Source of the DNA: an uncultured Candidatus Saccharibacteria bacterium
Lineage (GTDB): Bacteria > Patescibacteriota > CPR2 > UBA1875 > CAIMLA01
Assembly: GCA_964641375.1 (NCBI GenBank)
Contig: CAZXMN010000001.1
Location: 91,464-155,463 of the forward strand
Length of the DNA stretch: 64,000 nt
Direction: 5' to 3'
The position numbers were made by a program, and so were the translations under genes. The notes beneath the pieces are model-generated. The model was not told the origin of the DNA. It searched no databases and saw nothing but the letters and a program-made list of their open reading frames with translations. Every line of letters begins with the position of its first letter. Position 1 is the first letter of the stretch. Positions 41,828 to 54,082 of this stretch are shown piece by piece.

Positions 41828-43308
41828 TAAGACAATTTCTTTCGTAATATTTCGTTTACGACAGCCGGGTTAGCCTGACCTTTAGTCCTCGCCATAACTT
41901 GGCCAACCAAGAAACCGAAAGCTTGCTGTTTGCCGGCCTTGAAATCAGACACTGACTTTTCATTTGATTTTAAGATCTCTTCAATTACCCTTGCAATCTC
42001 ACCTTCAGAACTAATCTGTCGCAAAGTACTTTTACCAATTATTTCGGTAGGATCCTCACCGGTCTCAAAGACTTGATCAAAGATTTCTTTAGCTATTTTC
42101 CCCGTAATCGAACCAGCATCGATAGAACTAATAATAACAGCAATGTATTCTGGTTTTACTTTTGACTCAGAAAGCCGAATTGAGTTTTTATTCAGTCTTC
42201 CAAGTAATTCTCCTATGATCCAGTTAGCTGTCTTCTTGGCGGCCTGTCGTATTGTCTCGTCTGTATTAAAAACGTTGACCGGCAAAGCTGTCACCGCAAG
42301 TTCAAAATAACGGGACAATTCTAAATCACTAGTTAGCTGATCAGCATCCGCCGAGGAGAGACCATATTCCGCGGCAAAACGTTTACATTTCTCTTTTGGC
42401 AGCTCCGGTAGTTTCGATTTAATTTCGTCGAGATCAAAGCCATTAGTCACCGTGAGATCAACTGGTGGTAAATCCGGTTCTGGGAAGTAACGATAGTCAT
42501 TTGCTTCTTCTTTGCTCCTCTGTGAAAGTGTCTTACCTCCGGCATCATCCCAACCACGAGTTTCCTGAATAATTCTCTCTCCGCTCTCGAGCATTTCTGT
42601 CTGTCTCGTGACTTCGTATTCGAGCGCCCGCTCAATCATTTTGAATGAGTTCATATTCTTGATTTCGACCTTCGTGCCTAGTTCCTTTTGTCCGACTGGT
42701 CGAAGTGAGATATTGGCATCACAACGCATGTTCCCCTGTTCCATATTGGCATCTGAAATATCTAAATATCTTAGGATCGCCCTGAGGTCCTGCACAAAAA
42801 TTCTGGCCTCCCTCGGACTTCGCATATCTGGTTCTGTGACAATCTCCATGAGTGGAGTGCCAGCACGGTTCAGGTCCACTAGACTATAATTCGCCTTCTC
42901 TGGATGAACAAGTTTCCCGGCATCTTCCTCGAGATGAACATGATGAATCCTGACTTTGCTAATTTTTCCATCATTATCTACTTCTAGACCGCCGCCCAGA
43001 ACTGGAGGATTCGTACTTGAGGTTATCTGATAAGCTTTCGGCAGATCCGGATAAAAATAGTTTTTTCGTTCGAAATTGAACTTATCAGCGATTTTGGCGC
43101 CCAGGGCCATGCCAAGTAAATATGTCCATTCGATTGCCTGTTTATTAGCCACTGGTAACATTCCCGGCATACCCAAACAAACAGGACAAACATTGGTGTT
43201 TGGAGCTATATCAACCGAATAATTATCGCATGTACAAAACATCTTGCTCATCGTGCGAAGCTGAGCATGGATTTCGAGCCCAATTACAATCTCATATTTT
43301 TCCATCAA
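41827..43308 (-). CDS. gatB: Asp/Glu-tRNA amidotransferase subunit B
   Basis: 493 aa ORF, MMEKYEIVIGLEIHAQL...CPVCLGMPG, the GatB family. Confidence 0.92.
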   Translation of the reverse strand: MMEKYEIVIGLEIHAQLRTMSKMFCTCDNYSVDIAPNTNVCPVCLGMPGMLPVANKQAIEWTYLLGMALGAKIADKFNFERKNYFYPDLPKAYQITSSTNPPVLGGGLEVDNDGKISKVRIHHVHLEEDAGKLVHPEKANYSLVDLNRAGTPLMEIVTEPDMRSPREARIFVQDLRAILRYLDISDANMEQGNMRCDANISLRPVGQKELGTKVEIKNMNSFKMIERALEYEVTRQTEMLESGERIIQETRGWDDAGGKTLSQRSKEEANDYRYFPEPDLPPVDLTVTNGFDLDEIKSKLPELPKEKCKRFAAEYGLSSADADQLTSDLELSRYFELAVTALPVNVFNTDETIRQAAKKTANWIIGELLGRLNKNSIRLSESKVKPEYIAVIISSIDAGSITGKIAKEIFDQVFETGEDPTEIIGKSTLRQISSEGEIARVIEEILKSNEKSVSDFKAGKQQAFGFLVGQVMARTKGQANPAVVNEILRKKLS

Positions 43309-43760
43309 AGCACTCCTAGAATCTTTAAGGCTTTTTTGAAATATTCCATCGCCTTTTTCCCGTTTGAAACATTGAAATCAATCCCGTTATCATGTGCCAC
43401 TGAATTACGAACTTTATGCGCATACCATAGATTGTCATAATCGGAATAATTAGAGAACAACTTTTGCCCCGCTTTAAGCATATCGGCAAAGGTATTTCCC
43501 GGTAGTCCCTTCGAAGAGAGAACCTGTTCCACCAACTTATCAGCATCCATCACCGAGGCTTTTATCTGTGCCGGCCCACCGAGGTTAGCCGTAGCTTCTA
43601 TCTCTGACCATTTACTTTGAATCTGTCTCCTGTCTAAACTCACAGCATTATTGTACTTACTGCCGTTTGATTTCTTTTTCTTACCGAAACCACCAAAAAC
43701 CGGAATCACAATAATGGAAGCAAGTATAATGGCAAAGATTAGGACATAAACTGACAACAT
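43305..43760 (-). CDS. Membrane-anchored hypothetical protein with RNxxxH (HEPN-like) motif
   Basis: 151 aa ORF with an N-terminal TM helix and a KKKK stretch. The C-terminal LWYAHKVRNSVAHDNG fits the Rx4-6H HEPN signature. It overlaps neighbouring genes at both ends. Confidence 0.4.
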   Translation of the reverse strand: MLSVYVLIFAIILASIIVIPVFGGFGKKKKSNGSKYNNAVSLDRRQIQSKWSEIEATANLGGPAQIKASVMDADKLVEQVLSSKGLPGNTFADMLKAGQKLFSNYSDYDNLWYAHKVRNSVAHDNGIDFNVSNGKKAMEYFKKALKILGVL

Positions 43761-44506
43761 TAATTTTCCTCGATTGTAACCTTATTAATAAGAACTGTTG
43801 TGGTTGGTTTTGATTGTTCGCCTTGTCCATTATCAACAGTTGGTGTGATATTAATCTTATTCACTACGTCCATGCCTGAAGTAACATTACCAAAGATCGT
43901 ATAGCTCTTCGGTAACTTACCGCCACTGTAATCGCCGGTCATGATAAAGAACTGAGAACCGTTCGTATTCGCACCAGAATTAGCCATGGCGACAGTGCCT
44001 GGCGTATAGTCACCAACAACTTTTTCGTCGTCAAACTTATAGCCAGGACCTCCTGATCCATTTCCAAGAGGATCGCCACCTTGAATCATAAAGTCCTTCA
44101 CGATTCGGTGAAAAGTTAAACCGTCGTAGTATCCGTCCTTCGCGAGCACAACAAAGTTATTCACCGTCTTTGGAGCGTCCTTGGCATCTAGTGTAATTTC
44201 GAAATTGCCATCATTTGTCTCAAATTTAGCAACATAAGTCTTGCTCGTATCAATTTGCATATCAGGAGCCTGGGAATAGGTACGAGATGATGTTTTATAA
44301 CTCTTCACTTTTGCCACTGCTTTCGCTTTATTAAAAAAATTATTTTTGATGTACGAAGTGCCGAAGAAAATCCCAGTCCCGAGCAAAGCTCCAGCTGCGA
44401 TACCTAGTAACACAAATCCGAAAATTTTAAACCTTCGCTCTTTATTTAGAACTTTTTGGATTCGCTCTATTTTTCGTTGCTCTTTGAGTTTTTCTGCTTT
44501 ACCCAT
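43760..44506 (-). CDS. Cyclophilin-type peptidyl-prolyl cis-trans isomerase, membrane anchored
   Basis: 248 aa ORF with an N-terminal TM helix and cyclophilin core motifs (FHRIVKDFMIQGGDP, FFIMTGD). Confidence 0.85.
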   Translation of the reverse strand: MGKAEKLKEQRKIERIQKVLNKERRFKIFGFVLLGIAAGALLGTGIFFGTSYIKNNFFNKAKAVAKVKSYKTSSRTYSQAPDMQIDTSKTYVAKFETNDGNFEITLDAKDAPKTVNNFVVLAKDGYYDGLTFHRIVKDFMIQGGDPLGNGSGGPGYKFDDEKVVGDYTPGTVAMANSGANTNGSQFFIMTGDYSGGKLPKSYTIFGNVTSGMDVVNKINITPTVDNGQGEQSKPTTTVLINKVTIEEN

Positions 44507-45940
44507 TTATTTCTCCGCTTTCTTTTCGTACATATGTCCGAAATTCAGTACTGTTTCTTCGTCAAAATGTTTACCAATAATTTGCATCCCCATTGGAAGG
44601 CTGCTGCTATCAAAACCACAAGGGAGTGAAAGTGCTGGGTTCCCAGCCAGATTAATGGCTGCAGTGTAGACATCGGCCAGATACATTTGGACCGGGTCAC
44701 TTGTTTTCTCGCCGATCTTAAAGGCAGTCGTCGGTGCTACTGGAGCTAGTATGACATCGACTTTCTCAAGAGCCTTCTCGAAATCCTGCTTGATAAGTGT
44801 GCGCACTTTCATTGCTTTATTATAATAAGCATCGTAATAACCGGCTGAGAGCACGAAAGTCCCGAGCATTATTCTCCTCTTCGCTTCGGCGCCAAGTCCT
44901 TCATCACGTGACTTGAAATAATGATCTATTAAATTCTCGGATTCGCTAGAACTATGGCCATATTTAATACCGTCGTAACGACCTAGGTTGGAACTGACTT
45001 CAGCTGGTTGAATAATATAGTAAACGGGCACGCCATATTTAATATTCGGCAGGCTGATATCCACAATTTCGGCGCCCAGTTCCTGATATATTTTCTTCGC
45101 GGAGTCTATGGCTGTGGCAATTTCTTTGTTTAAACCTAGCTCGACGAATTCCTTAGCCCATCCAATTTTCTTGCCTTTGAGAGGTTTATCGAGGGCAAGT
45201 GAATAATTTGGCACAGGTAAATCAACGGATGTCGAATCTTTTTCATCGTGACCGGCAATTACTTCTAGAATTTTAGCAATATCTTCTACATGGCTTGCGA
45301 TTGGACCCACACAATCCAGAGATGATGCCATAGCGATGAGGCCATATCTAGAAACACGACCGTATGTAGGCTTCAGACCAACAACACCACAAAACGCGGC
45401 TGGTTGACGAATTGAACCGCCGGTGTCAGAACCGATTGAATATACACATTCACCAGAGGCTACCGCCGCAGCCGAACCACCAGACGAACCGCCAGAAACT
45501 CTAGTAGAATCCCATGGGTTTTTTGTCACACCGTAATCTGAATTCTCGGTACTTGCCCCATGTGCCCAAGCGTCACAATTATTTTTACCAACGATAACCG
45601 CTCCTGCATCTTTTAGCTTTTTGACCACCGTTGCATCATAAGCGGGCACAAAATCATCTAACATCTTGCTTGAGGCAGTTGTACGAACATCTTTTGTACA
45701 GAAAACATCTTTGATCCCAACAACTACGCCATCCAAAATACCCTTTGATTTTCCTGACTCAAATCTCTTCGATGAAGACATTGCCTCCTGAAGAGCACTT
45801 TCTGCCGTAACCGTGACGAAAGCGTTCAATTCATCTTCGCGAATATCAATTGTTCTTAGTATTTCTTTCAGTTCGTCATTTACACAATCCGGTCTTTGCA
45901 TAAATTTTTTATTCAATTCTGTAATTGTATCTTTAGCCAT
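44507..45940 (-). CDS. gatA: Glutamyl-tRNA(Gln) amidotransferase subunit A
   Basis: 477 aa ORF with the amidase signature GGSSGGSAAAVA...GSDTGGSIRQPA. Confidence 0.92.
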   Translation of the reverse strand: MAKDTITELNKKFMQRPDCVNDELKEILRTIDIREDELNAFVTVTAESALQEAMSSSKRFESGKSKGILDGVVVGIKDVFCTKDVRTTASSKMLDDFVPAYDATVVKKLKDAGAVIVGKNNCDAWAHGASTENSDYGVTKNPWDSTRVSGGSSGGSAAAVASGECVYSIGSDTGGSIRQPAAFCGVVGLKPTYGRVSRYGLIAMASSLDCVGPIASHVEDIAKILEVIAGHDEKDSTSVDLPVPNYSLALDKPLKGKKIGWAKEFVELGLNKEIATAIDSAKKIYQELGAEIVDISLPNIKYGVPVYYIIQPAEVSSNLGRYDGIKYGHSSSESENLIDHYFKSRDEGLGAEAKRRIMLGTFVLSAGYYDAYYNKAMKVRTLIKQDFEKALEKVDVILAPVAPTTAFKIGEKTSDPVQMYLADVYTAAINLAGNPALSLPCGFDSSSLPMGMQIIGKHFDEETVLNFGHMYEKKAEK

Positions 45941-48297
<2,357 letters not shown>

Positions 48298-48313
48298 CTA
48301 GTTGATTTGTTCT

Positions 48314-49222
48314 TTACATCGCCATTTCGCGCAAACGTTTGATGCGTTCTGCTGGATCTGGGTGAGTACTGAATAAATTGGCGAAGAGATTACGATTTTT
48401 ACCCTTAGAATCCTTTAGTGGTTCAGAAAAATAGAGATGAGCAGTAGCATTATTGGCATGAATTAAAGGTTCGGGGTCTGCTGTAATCTTCTGGAGGGCA
48501 TCGGCTAGCTCATTCGGGTTACGCGTAAGAAGCGCGCCGCTGGCGTCCGCTAGAAACTCGCGTTTTCTAGAAATAGCGAGTTGAATCAGGGTCGCAAAAA
48601 GTGGCGAAAGTAAGGCTAAAACAAGTCCAACAATCATAAAGATACCGCCCGAATCATTGTTATTGTTACTCCTGCGACCACCACCAAATAAACTAATTCG
48701 GAAAAACCAATTCGAAACCAAAACAACAATACCGACCAAAACTACTATTGCTGTCGAAAGCAAAATATCATAGTTTCCTATATGCGAAAATTCATGCGCA
48801 AGAACTCCCTCAAGCTCGGGCTTATTCAACTTCGTAAGGAGTCCTCTAGTCACCGCTATTGAGGCATGCTTGGGATCACGCCCGGTGGCAAAAGCGTTTG
48901 GGGCCATATCATCAATAATGTAGACTTTCGGCGTTGGTATGCCTGCCGTGATTGAGAGATTCTCTACCAGACGATAAAGCTCTGGAGCATCACTCTTATT
49001 TACTTCGTGAGCACCAGCAACAGCCAAGGCAATCTTGTCACTCCACCAATAAGTTGTCACACCTTGGAAAAGAGCAAAGAAAATTGCAAATGGGAAAAGC
49101 CAGCTAATGTCTAGAGCCCGTCCGAGAACATATCCTAGCAGAATTACAAAGCTGAGGAAAAAGACAATCCAGAGGGTCGTCTTCGTCTTGTTACTTGTGA
49201 TATTGGTGTAAGTCGTAGCCAT
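48314..49222 (-). CDS. htpX: M48 family zinc metalloprotease HtpX-like
   Basis: 302 aa ORF with TM helices and the HEFSH (HExxH) motif. Confidence 0.85.
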   Translation of the reverse strand: MATTYTNITSNKTKTTLWIVFFLSFVILLGYVLGRALDISWLFPFAIFFALFQGVTTYWWSDKIALAVAGAHEVNKSDAPELYRLVENLSITAGIPTPKVYIIDDMAPNAFATGRDPKHASIAVTRGLLTKLNKPELEGVLAHEFSHIGNYDILLSTAIVVLVGIVVLVSNWFFRISLFGGGRRSNNNNDSGGIFMIVGLVLALLSPLFATLIQLAISRKREFLADASGALLTRNPNELADALQKITADPEPLIHANNATAHLYFSEPLKDSKGKNRNLFANLFSTHPDPAERIKRLREMAM

Positions 49223-49232
49223 GTGCTACCTA

Positions 49233-49781
49233 CTAGAATTCAACTTTAACGTTTGCCTTCTCAGTATCCGCTGCTTCGATGAATTCAAATTTGCCGAAAC
49301 CAAGTTGCTTAGCATAAATGTTGGTTGGAAAAACCTCGATTTTCGTGTTGAAGTCGCGAACATTGGCGTTGTAGAAACGCTGTGCTGCCATGATCTTGTC
49401 CTGAGTATCGGTCAACTCTTCCTGAAGTTGCAGGAAGTTTGTGTTTGCCTTAAGGTCTGGATAATTTTCTGCTACCGCAAAAAGTGACTTTAGTGTGTCG
49501 GTAAGTTGGTTACTAGCTTGGATTTTGTCGGCAGTTGAACCCTTTACCAAACCTGCTCTTTCCTCGGTCACTTTTTCTAGTAGCTCCTTTTCGTGACTAG
49601 CATAACCCTTGACGGTACTGACGAGATTAGGGATGAGTTCATAACGTCTTTTCAGTTGAACATCAATGTCACTAGAAGCTTCCGCTACTCTATTTTTCAG
49701 GGTAATTAGACCATTATATGTAACGATTACATAGAGGGCGATTACTACTACAATTCCGAGTAAAATCCATACTGCTGTCAT
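49233..49781 (-). CDS. LemA family protein
   Basis: 182 aa ORF with an N-terminal TM helix and LemA-type helical sequence. It is adjacent to htpX, a common pairing. Confidence 0.8.
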   Translation of the reverse strand: MTAVWILLGIVVVIALYVIVTYNGLITLKNRVAEASSDIDVQLKRRYELIPNLVSTVKGYASHEKELLEKVTEERAGLVKGSTADKIQASNQLTDTLKSLFAVAENYPDLKANTNFLQLQEELTDTQDKIMAAQRFYNANVRDFNTKIEVFPTNIYAKQLGFGKFEFIEAADTEKANVKVEF

Positions 49782-49795
49782 GGGACTCCTTTCGA

Positions 49796-50245
49796 TTATT
49801 TCTTTGGTATTTTTATTACTTGTCCAATTTGTAAATCTTCGCTTGTTGAATTGTTGTATTGCATGAGCTCTGCTGAGGAAAGATTATTAGCGTTTGCAAT
49901 TGAACTGTAGGTATCTCCGGCTACAACAGTATACGTATCAGATGTTGTGGTTGCGGTCGTAGAAGGAGTTGTCGCCGTTGGTGCAGGAGTAGTAGCTGCC
50001 GGAGTAGTGTCAGTAGCTGGAGTTTGAACCGCAGAATCAGGTCTTGATTCTATCTTTTCGTCAGCAGACTTCTGCTGAACCTTGTCAGGTTTGAAAATAA
50101 GTTCATAGCTAGCAACACCGATGGTGCCAAAGACAAGCACAATCGCGATCAGTGCCGTCACAGTTCCTAGAATATTTTTTTTGCTTCCGCTCTCTTTGAT
50201 TTCTTTCTTGAATTCGTCGGAAAGCTGACTACCGTCTTTTTTCAT
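49796..50245 (-). CDS. LysM domain protein, membrane anchored, with a Thr/Pro-rich linker
   Basis: C-terminal LysM (YTVVAGDTYSSIANANNLSSAELMQYN...GQVIKIP). The likely start is MKKDGSQL at 50245; the track ORF runs into the tRNA genes. Confidence 0.75.
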   Translation of the reverse strand: MKKDGSQLSDEFKKEIKESGSKKNILGTVTALIAIVLVFGTIGVASYELIFKPDKVQQKSADEKIESRPDSAVQTPATDTTPAATTPAPTATTPSTTATTTSDTYTVVAGDTYSSIANANNLSSAELMQYNNSTSEDLQIGQVIKIPKK

Positions 50246-50303
50246 AACAAGAATCATTATACACCTAAAAATAAAAAAATCATCAACGTTCTGATGATTT
50301 TTT

Positions 50304-50388
50304 TGGTGCCCGGGGCGGGACTTGAACCCGCAAGACCGAAGCCAACGGATTTTAAGTCCGTCGCGTATACCAATTCCGCCACCCGGGC
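50304..50388 (-). tRNA. tRNA-Leu (anticodon TAA), type II
   Basis: Acceptor GCCCGGG/CCCGGGC, T-arm GCGGG-TTCAAGT-CCCGC, anticodon loop CTTAAAA, CCA encoded. Confidence 0.85.
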
Positions 50389-50395
50389 GTATAAG

Positions 50396-50469
50396 TGGAG
50401 GCCTGACCCGGAATTGAACCGGGGTACGCGGTTTTGCAGACCGCTGCGTAACCACTCCGCCATCAGGCC
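50396..50469 (-). tRNA. tRNA-Cys (anticodon GCA)
   Basis: Hand-folded cloverleaf with anticodon stem-loop GCGGT-CTGCAAA-ACCGC and T-loop TTCAATT. Confidence 0.85.
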
Positions 50470-50490
50470 ACGTCTGAGGAAAAGATAAAA

Positions 50491-50565
50491 TGGAGCGGGA
50501 GACGGGGATCGAACCCGCGACCTCAACCTTGGCAAGGTTGCGCTCTACCGCTAAGCTACTCCCGC
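50491..50565 (-). tRNA. tRNA-Gly (anticodon GCC)
   Basis: Anticodon stem-loop CAACC-TTGCCAA-GGTTG, T-loop TTCGATC, CCA encoded. Confidence 0.85.
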
Positions 50566-50568
50566 AAG

Positions 50569-50644
<76 letters not shown>

Positions 50645-50657
50645 ATGATTATTTTTT

Positions 50658-50734
50658 TGGTGGGCGCCAAGGGATTCGAACCCCTGACCCTCTCGGTGTA
50701 AACGAGATGCTCTAACCAGCTGAGCTAGGCGCCC
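50658..50734 (-). tRNA. tRNA-Val (anticodon TAC)
   Basis: GGGCGCCTAGCTCAGCTGGTTAGAGC, anticodon loop TTTACAC, T-loop TTCGAAT. Confidence 0.85.
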
Positions 50735-50966
50735 ACGTCAGCGCAAGCTAACGTGTTACACAGAACCGCCAATAGGCGTCTGTTTCACACTTTCGCTATG
50801 CCTCCTCTCCAGTCAAAATCGACAGATTTTGCCTGAGGGGAAACGGAACGAAGTGGTCCCTGCCGAGAAAATTTGTAATTTTCTCGGAAAAAGGAACATC
50901 TACGAAGGTGCAGAGCGATTGGCTTTAGCCAACTCATGAAGACCGAAGTAGGATGCGACGACGCAG

Positions 50967-51053
50967 TGGTGCGGACGAGAGGACTTGAACCTCCAAGGCC
51001 TTGCGGCCACTAGCCCCTCATGCTAGCGCGTATACCAATTCCGCCACGCCCGC
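50967..51053 (-). tRNA. tRNA-Leu (anticodon GAG), type II
   Basis: Shares the D-arm TGGCGGAATTGGTATACGCG with the other two Leu tRNAs. Anticodon loop ATGAGGG, T-arm GGAGG-TTCAAGT-CCTCT. Confidence 0.8.
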
Positions 51054-51114
51054 TAATAAATACCAGTTTCGCAAGGGAAATTATACGTTATTTTGGGTCG
51101 ATAGTCAATCGAAT

Positions 51115-52875
51115 CTATCTGGTTTGTTTAGACTTAATGTACCAGTCATAAATATTATTTAACATATCATCTGACTGAGATATTCGGACTTGTGTTGAAC
51201 CACTTACCTCCTTGGATAAGGCTGAGATATGAAGGGGAGTATATAGGAATAATGCCGGTTGTTGCTCTATAATAACTTGCTGAATTTCCTTGAATCTTTC
51301 CGAACGATAAGCCGGGTCGCTACTACGACGTACCTGCTCAAGCAGTTTATCAACTTTTTTATCACTGAAACCAGTTAAGTTCAAACCCGGATCAGCAATC
51401 TGAGAAGAATGCCAAAAGCTGTAGAGATCTTCATCTATGCCTACATTCTGGCCAATAAGTAACATATCAAAGTTGCGCGGTCGAATATAATTCGCGCTAA
51501 TTTCATTGATATCTGCTGGAATTAAATCGACTCCAACTCCAATCGCTGCAAATTGTTTTTTAATGATGCTAGCAACGTCAGTATTCTCTGTATTGTTTAT
51601 ATATACGAGTCTAAAACTCATAACTTTTCCGTCCTTACGACGAATACCATCTTTTCCTTTTATCCACCCGGCCTTCTCGAGAGCATCGCTAGCCGTGGCC
51701 GGATTATAATCTATCCCCTTCGCAGTTGGATCATAACCAGAACGGCCTGGCATGATGGGAACTGAAATCTCTTTCGCATTACCACCTAGTGCACCATTAA
51801 TAATATCAGGCCTATTTATCGCTGCCGCTAAGTCTTTTCGGATATCCACATTGGAGAGTAGATCATTCTTGTAATTGAAATTTAATACTTCGTACTGTGG
51901 TAAATAGTTCTTGATTAAATTTAGGTTGGCAAGTTTGCTGACAGCAGTATTCTCATCTAACGGAACATCAGCAACACCACTAACTTGTCTGCTGGTTAGG
52001 CCTTTATATAGAGACTCTTGGTCACTGTAGAGAATCAAACGGACCTGATCGATATACGGCCGATGAATTGCAAAGTCTTTATTTGATTCTAATACTACTT
52101 CTGTTTGAGTCCCAAGCTGGTCAAAACGGACGAATTTATAAGGTCCAGTACCGATCGGGTTCGTATTAAACTCAGCTAGTTTAATATTCTTGGCATCTAT
52201 ACCTTGGAGCAAATGCGCCGGCAGGATGGCCTGGTTCGCAACATCAAGAAATTCAGGATACGCATTCGGAAGCGTGAATTTAACTTCATAATCATTAACC
52301 TTTGTGACAGTAACACCGCGCCAAACCTGTGAGAGACTAGTTCTCGTATCTGGGTTCTGAATAAGGCTTATTGTGTAAACCACGTCATCCGCGGTAAATT
52401 TCTGGCCATCCTGCCATTTCACGTTGCTCTTTAGCTTAAAATCATAGGTAAGTTTATCGTCTGAAACTGTCCAACTAGAAGCGAGATCGGGTACATAATT
52501 CGTAGCCGAAACAGTTCTTGTCAGACCGGAGAATATTAGCTTATCTGTTTCATTTTCAGCATCACCCTGAATAAAAAGTGGATTCATCTTCTCGACAGTC
52601 CCAACAACGCCCTGGGAGTAACTACCACCGAAATCAGGAATATTTTTTACAAAATATGTTTGTAAATAATCAAAGCGTTGCACAAACATTGCCATAATGA
52701 CGACCGACAAAACAGAGCTGAAAAGCACAAGATTGCGAAGATGAACAATATCTGGAATTTTCTTGATATTGGCAAGTGTAAGATTACGCAAATCCTTGAG
52801 ATGAGTCTGACGAATATCGATTATTAACTTTTTTAGCTTCAAGCGAAACTTGATGCTAAGATTTTTTAGTTTCAT
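51115..52875 (-). CDS. ABC transporter substrate-binding protein, family 5 (peptide/nickel type), orphan
   Basis: 586 aa ORF with an N-terminal anchor and an SBP_bac_5-like sequence (VKWQDGQKFTADDVVYT). No permease or ATPase genes are adjacent. Confidence 0.75.
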   Translation of the reverse strand: MKLKNLSIKFRLKLKKLIIDIRQTHLKDLRNLTLANIKKIPDIVHLRNLVLFSSVLSVVIMAMFVQRFDYLQTYFVKNIPDFGGSYSQGVVGTVEKMNPLFIQGDAENETDKLIFSGLTRTVSATNYVPDLASSWTVSDDKLTYDFKLKSNVKWQDGQKFTADDVVYTISLIQNPDTRTSLSQVWRGVTVTKVNDYEVKFTLPNAYPEFLDVANQAILPAHLLQGIDAKNIKLAEFNTNPIGTGPYKFVRFDQLGTQTEVVLESNKDFAIHRPYIDQVRLILYSDQESLYKGLTSRQVSGVADVPLDENTAVSKLANLNLIKNYLPQYEVLNFNYKNDLLSNVDIRKDLAAAINRPDIINGALGGNAKEISVPIMPGRSGYDPTAKGIDYNPATASDALEKAGWIKGKDGIRRKDGKVMSFRLVYINNTENTDVASIIKKQFAAIGVGVDLIPADINEISANYIRPRNFDMLLIGQNVGIDEDLYSFWHSSQIADPGLNLTGFSDKKVDKLLEQVRRSSDPAYRSERFKEIQQVIIEQQPALFLYTPLHISALSKEVSGSTQVRISQSDDMLNNIYDWYIKSKQTR

Positions 52876-53091
52876 TTAGACAAATAAGATTAGCATAGCG
52901 CTGATACATAGAACAGAGGCAGAAACAATAGTGAATATAACAAGAAATTTCTCTGCTCCCCTTTTGGTCATATAGGATACATCAGAACCGCCAAAAACAC
53001 CGGAAAGACCGGCTCCTTTCTGCTGCAATATTATCGCAAGGACCGTCAGAATAGATGAGATAATTATAATTATATTTAATACATTTTTCAT
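52876..53091 (-). CDS. secG: Preprotein translocase subunit SecG
   Basis: 71 aa ORF with two TM segments flanking LQQKGAGLSGVFGG, the SecG signature. Confidence 0.8.
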   Translation of the reverse strand: MKNVLNIIIIISSILTVLAIILQQKGAGLSGVFGGSDVSYMTKRGAEKFLVIFTIVSASVLCISAMLILFV

Positions 53092-53140
53092 TGCTTAGAT
53101 ATTTTAACAGAAAAAATGCTTTTCGTAAACTTTTAAGACC

Positions 53141-54082
53141 TTATTTTCTGTTTAATTGTTTAGATTTACCAATAATCCGCCAGGCTTCTGCTCCGAGTTT
53201 CACTGAATCATGATAGAGAGAGTTCGTTTCATCTACCAAATCTGCGTAGAGCAACCGATAACGGTTATTCCCACTGCAATCTGGTCTAACCGGTGATACA
53301 AAACCGTCACCAGAACCGTCTGGGAAGTTACTGCTATTTAGAAGAACTGAGTCGAAATCGACTGAATATTTCTCCAAAGTCTTCAAATGATCACCAGCAG
53401 AATAATTATCAGTCTCTCCTCTCTCGGTCGAAACGTTGCAAATATAAACTTTGAGTGCCTTAGCTTCGGCGAGTGATTTGGACATTTGGGACTGTAAAAA
53501 ATTTGGAATTATGCTTGTATACAGACTGCCAGGACCAATAAAAATAACATCTGATGAGTCAATTGCAGCAATAACCCTCGGATTTGTTTTTACTTTATTA
53601 GTAAGCGAAATCTCTTTGATTTTATGCAAATAACCATATTTCGTAATCTTCGATTCGCCAGTGATTAACTTCCCGTTATCGAACTCGGCCATCAAGTTAA
53701 CATCATCAAAAGTTGCCGGTAAAACCTGGCCTTTTATATTTAGGAGCGCCGAAATCTCCTCAATGGCAAGCTCGAAATTACCAGTCATGTCTTTCATTGC
53801 GCTGATTAGGAGATTTCCCAAGCTATGGCCAGCTAAACCGAGTCCGGTCTTGAAACGATATTCAAAAAGATCAGTAAGAGCAGTTTCGTTCTCCGAAAGT
53901 GCAGCGATGCATTTGCGAATGTCTCCTGGTGGCAACAGATTAAAGTCTTTCCTCAGACGGCCGCTGCTAGCCCCATCATCAGTCATTGTCACAATCGCGG
54001 TTATATCTATCGGATAATCACGAAGGCCACGCAGAAGAGTCGCTAAACCTGAACCGCCCCCGATTACAACTACTTTTTTCAT
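53141..54082 (-). CDS. YvcK/UPF0052 family (CofD-like) gluconeogenesis factor
   Basis: 313 aa ORF, MKKVVVIGGGSGLATLLRGL...ITAIVTMTDDGASSGRLR, the YvcK family. Confidence 0.8.
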   Translation of the reverse strand: MKKVVVIGGGSGLATLLRGLRDYPIDITAIVTMTDDGASSGRLRKDFNLLPPGDIRKCIAALSENETALTDLFEYRFKTGLGLAGHSLGNLLISAMKDMTGNFELAIEEISALLNIKGQVLPATFDDVNLMAEFDNGKLITGESKITKYGYLHKIKEISLTNKVKTNPRVIAAIDSSDVIFIGPGSLYTSIIPNFLQSQMSKSLAEAKALKVYICNVSTERGETDNYSAGDHLKTLEKYSVDFDSVLLNSSNFPDGSGDGFVSPVRPDCSGNNRYRLLYADLVDETNSLYHDSVKLGAEAWRIIGKSKQLNRK

